64,000 nucleotides of DNA. It comes from the human T2T-CHM13v2.0 reference genome, Homo sapiens. The translations under genes and the position numbers were made by a program. The stretch's first letter is position 1, and each line of letters begins with the position of its first letter. The stretch is from NCBI RefSeq assembly GCF_009914755.1, contig NC_060936.1; one strand, written 5' to 3'. Shown one piece after another: positions 61,247 to 64,000 of the stretch. The notes beneath the pieces were generated by a model. That model had not been told where the DNA came from and searched no databases. It saw nothing but the letters and a program-made list of their open reading frames with translations.

Positions 61247-62300
61247 ATGTGGCCGCAGCATGGGCTGTGGTACCCAGTGGCAGAGGTGCTGCTTGGATGG
61301 GCCCCAGTGGAAATATGGGAGGCAGTAACGGGTCTCCTGCGAGTGTGGAGAAGGCACTGAAGCAGCTGGAAGCTCACAGCACCAAGAAGGAATGCACCTT
61401 CGCTGGCGGAGTCGGATGAGCATTTCTGACTGCACTAGGCAGAGTACATGCTCAGTCCCACAGGTAAGGGACCTCCCAGCGCAAGCCACGTGCCTGGGGG
61501 CCCAAGTGCACAGCTTAGACCAGGACCTGGGGGTGGGGGACCTGCAGGCACAAGCAGGGCGCTTGGAGGCCCAGATAAGCAGCCTGGAACAGGAGTTAGC
61601 AATGGCTGTTAGTGCGATCTTCAGCCAGTCGTCCCAGTCAGACACTTCTGTTGGATCTGATGCTAAGGAGGAGGGGCTCCTTCCCTGCGGGCTCGCCCTG
61701 TGATCCGTCAGAAGGTAGAACATGAGGAGCCGATGGGACCCCAGGGGAGAGCCCAGGACCCCCCACAACAGTGGTGGAACACACTTCTTATAGTGCTTAT
61801 ACCCCCACTGAGTTGCAGGAGTTGAGTAAACAGTGTTGGCAGCGCCCAGGGGAGCCCCTGCCAGCCTGGCTACTCCGTTTTTGGGATGAGGGGGCTGATA
61901 GCATTTCTTGCTCTGCCTCCGAGATGGAGAAGCTGGCCTCTATTACAGCTCACTCCTCCCTTCGTCAGACACTGCAGCTGTGCCAATCATTGGCACACGG
62001 GCAAGGTGTGGACATTAATAGAGTGGCTGATGGCAGCCATATGGACTGTTTGGAATGATGCCAGAGAGATATCAAAAATTGTGAGTAAATGGCAATCATA
62101 TTCTGATTTGGTGCAGGTACTCTGGGAGATGGGCAGGTGACAGGCTATGTTTTATCTGAATATCCAGGGGCCAGAACGTTTTACCTCCCACATGAGGGAT
62201 CTTGTGCTGGGCTCAGCGCCCCCGAGTGCTTTTGGCTAGAGTGCTTTTAGCACCCCCATATATGGGGCACCGCATATATGAAGTGACTACTGGCTGAGGT
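61247..62300 (+). pseudogene. gag: Class III (HERV-S/ERV-L-like) gag, frameshifted and 3'-truncated
   Basis: [15 protein letters not shown]...YTPTELQELSKQCWQRPGEPLPAWLLRFWDEG (ERV-L/S capsid-type motif); multiple stops and frameshifts. Confidence 0.8.
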
Positions 62301-62301
62301 A

Positions 62302-62398
62302 GTAGACACAACACAGAGAAGCTCCCCACCTGGCTCTCAGCTACTATTGTTTGTGTAGGGTATAAATGTAACGCTGACCCTGTGAGGGGCTGCTGAAT
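62302..62398 (+). repeat. Internal LTR fragment (matches 60974-61069) at the gag/pol deletion junction
   Basis: 97 bp, 4 substitutions and 1 indel versus the 5' LTR. Confidence 0.95.
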
Positions 62399-63726
62399 TG
62401 GCTTGTAGGCGATTGGCCCATTTGGGGCTAAGCGATGTGGCAAGACCTCTGGGAAATAGGTCATCAGAAATAGGTAACTATTATGTGTCAGGTCATGTGC
62501 CTTTGGCCACCCCCTGTAATGTTGAGGCGGATGCCTTAGCCAAGGTCTGATGGTTAGAGTCGGCACCTACACAAGATGTAGCTTTGTGGCTACACAGGAA
62601 ACTGGGACAGTTTCTGAACTGATGTACTGAACTGATGTAACAGGTCAGTAGGTACTGGGGTCTGTCTTTGCCTTCGCAGGACACTTTGGAGGCCTGCCGG
62701 AAGTGCCAGGCATGCGCCCAGGCATACCCCAGACGGAGACAGCTGCCCACTGTAACACAGCGAGTGACGGTAGGATGGATGCCCTTGACCAGATGGCAAA
62801 TAGATTACATTGGGCCACTTCCAAAAGCGCAGGGCTACACATATGCACTGACGGCTGTAGACACAGCCTCTGGCTTGTTGTTTGCCTACCCTTGCAGGGT
62901 GGCTAACCAGCAACACACCATTTGAACCCTGCAATACTTATGTGCTCTATATGGCCAACCCCTGGCTGTTGAAAGTGATAGGGGAACACGTTTCACTGGA
63001 CAGCAGGTATAACAGTGGGCACTACAGATGGACATATGATGGGGGTTTCATGTTCCTTATAACCCACAAGCCACTGATTGAGCGATATAATGGACTCTTG
63101 AAGAACGGGTTACGGTAGCATGTTACTCCCCCATCTTTGCGGGGCTGGAGTTCAAGGTTGGACCTGGTGCTTCAAATTTTGAATGAGTTGCCACAGAAAG
63201 GCGGCCCAGCCCTGGTGGAGGCACTGTTACACCAGGCCGCCATGCCCGTCCATCTATACACATCTAGGATGACCTCCTCCGGCCAAGTATGGGGACAAAT
63301 AGTAATCTATTGTTGCCTGCCCCAGTGCTCCTGAAGACAGGGGAACAGAAATCCTGGTGTCAGCCATGGAACCTCCAAGCCCTTAGGGGAGGGCCTGCGG
63401 TATGACTTACATGTTACTCCTTGGGTATTTAATGTGTATGTAGCCTCTACGATTGACCGTCATAGGGGAACAGCCAGGGAAGGGACCCTCCTTGGGGGGA
63501 TATATGTACTGTCTGTGTGGCCTGTTGTGAGCTCTCCTGTGACTTTGGCACAAGTACAAGACCCAAAAGAACCACGGGGAGCCGAGAAGGTGTGGTTTCA
63601 TCACCCAGGGCAGAAGCCCTTGGTGGCTGCATCGTTATCCAGAGATGAAAAGTTAGCCTGTATGTTGCCTGAGGGACGTGACTTGCCCTGTTAGTTCCTG
63701 TGCCTGTTTTGTCATTCCAGTGGTAG
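62399..63726 (+). pseudogene. pol: ERV pol remnant: RNase H C-terminus and integrase
   Basis: PIWG*AMWQDLW...SGHVP...NVEADALA (RNase H); WLHRKLG and CRKCQAC (zinc finger); WQIDYIGPLP...VESDRG...IERYNGLLK (DDE core); in-frame stops. Confidence 0.92.
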
Positions 63727-64000
63727 ATTGGCGGCTCCAACAGCATCGTAGACTGGGCCCACACCTACGCCGAGGTGACCAATGTCTCCAACTGTTGGAT
63801 CTGCACCGCCCTTCCAGCAGCAGCTGCAGACAGCTGGCCCTGGCATGTGCATCCAGCTTCTGTGAAGAACCGGACATAGCTAGAGACTTGAGGTCCCACA
63901 GACAATGCGTGGGATGCAACACAGTGGGCTTTGGATGGGGGCATGGCAAACCCCATGGCGAGCCTGCCCCCTGGCTGACTCGCAGTGTCCATGATGAATG
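63727..64000 (+). pseudogene. env: ERV env SU N-terminal remnant (continues beyond the window)
   Basis: NSIVDWAHTYAEVTNVSNCWICTALP with the CxxC (CWIC) motif at 63793-63804; stops downstream. Confidence 0.75.

Overview
Non-coding primate (human-like) genomic DNA. I find no credible protein-coding exon, RNA gene or CpG island; the ORF track is explained by Alu, L1, ERV and simple-repeat sequence. The window holds about 22 Alu elements or fragments (J, S and Y types), a nested old-L1/L1PA/Alu stack (22.7-25.4 kb), MaLR and ERV1/ERVL solo LTRs, hAT/Tc2 MITEs, and many MIR, L2 and CR1 fossils. The last 3.2 kb is the 5' part of a HERV-S-like (HERVL18/LTR18, Ser-tRNA-primed) provirus. It is inserted into an Alu head, and its gag-end/pro/RT is replaced by a 97-bp piece of LTR. 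A repeat-poor block at about 28.3-30.5 kb is dense in homeodomain, PBX, MEIS, nuclear-receptor and RFX-type motifs and looks like a developmental enhancer cluster. The most unusual unexplained structure is four locally templated insertions (29, 118, 352 and 97 bp), each a direct-orientation match to DNA 1.0-2.5 kb to its left, without TSD or poly(A). Repeat family names come from recalled consensus sequences, not a database search. I cannot identify the locus and see no strong evidence of a new gene system.
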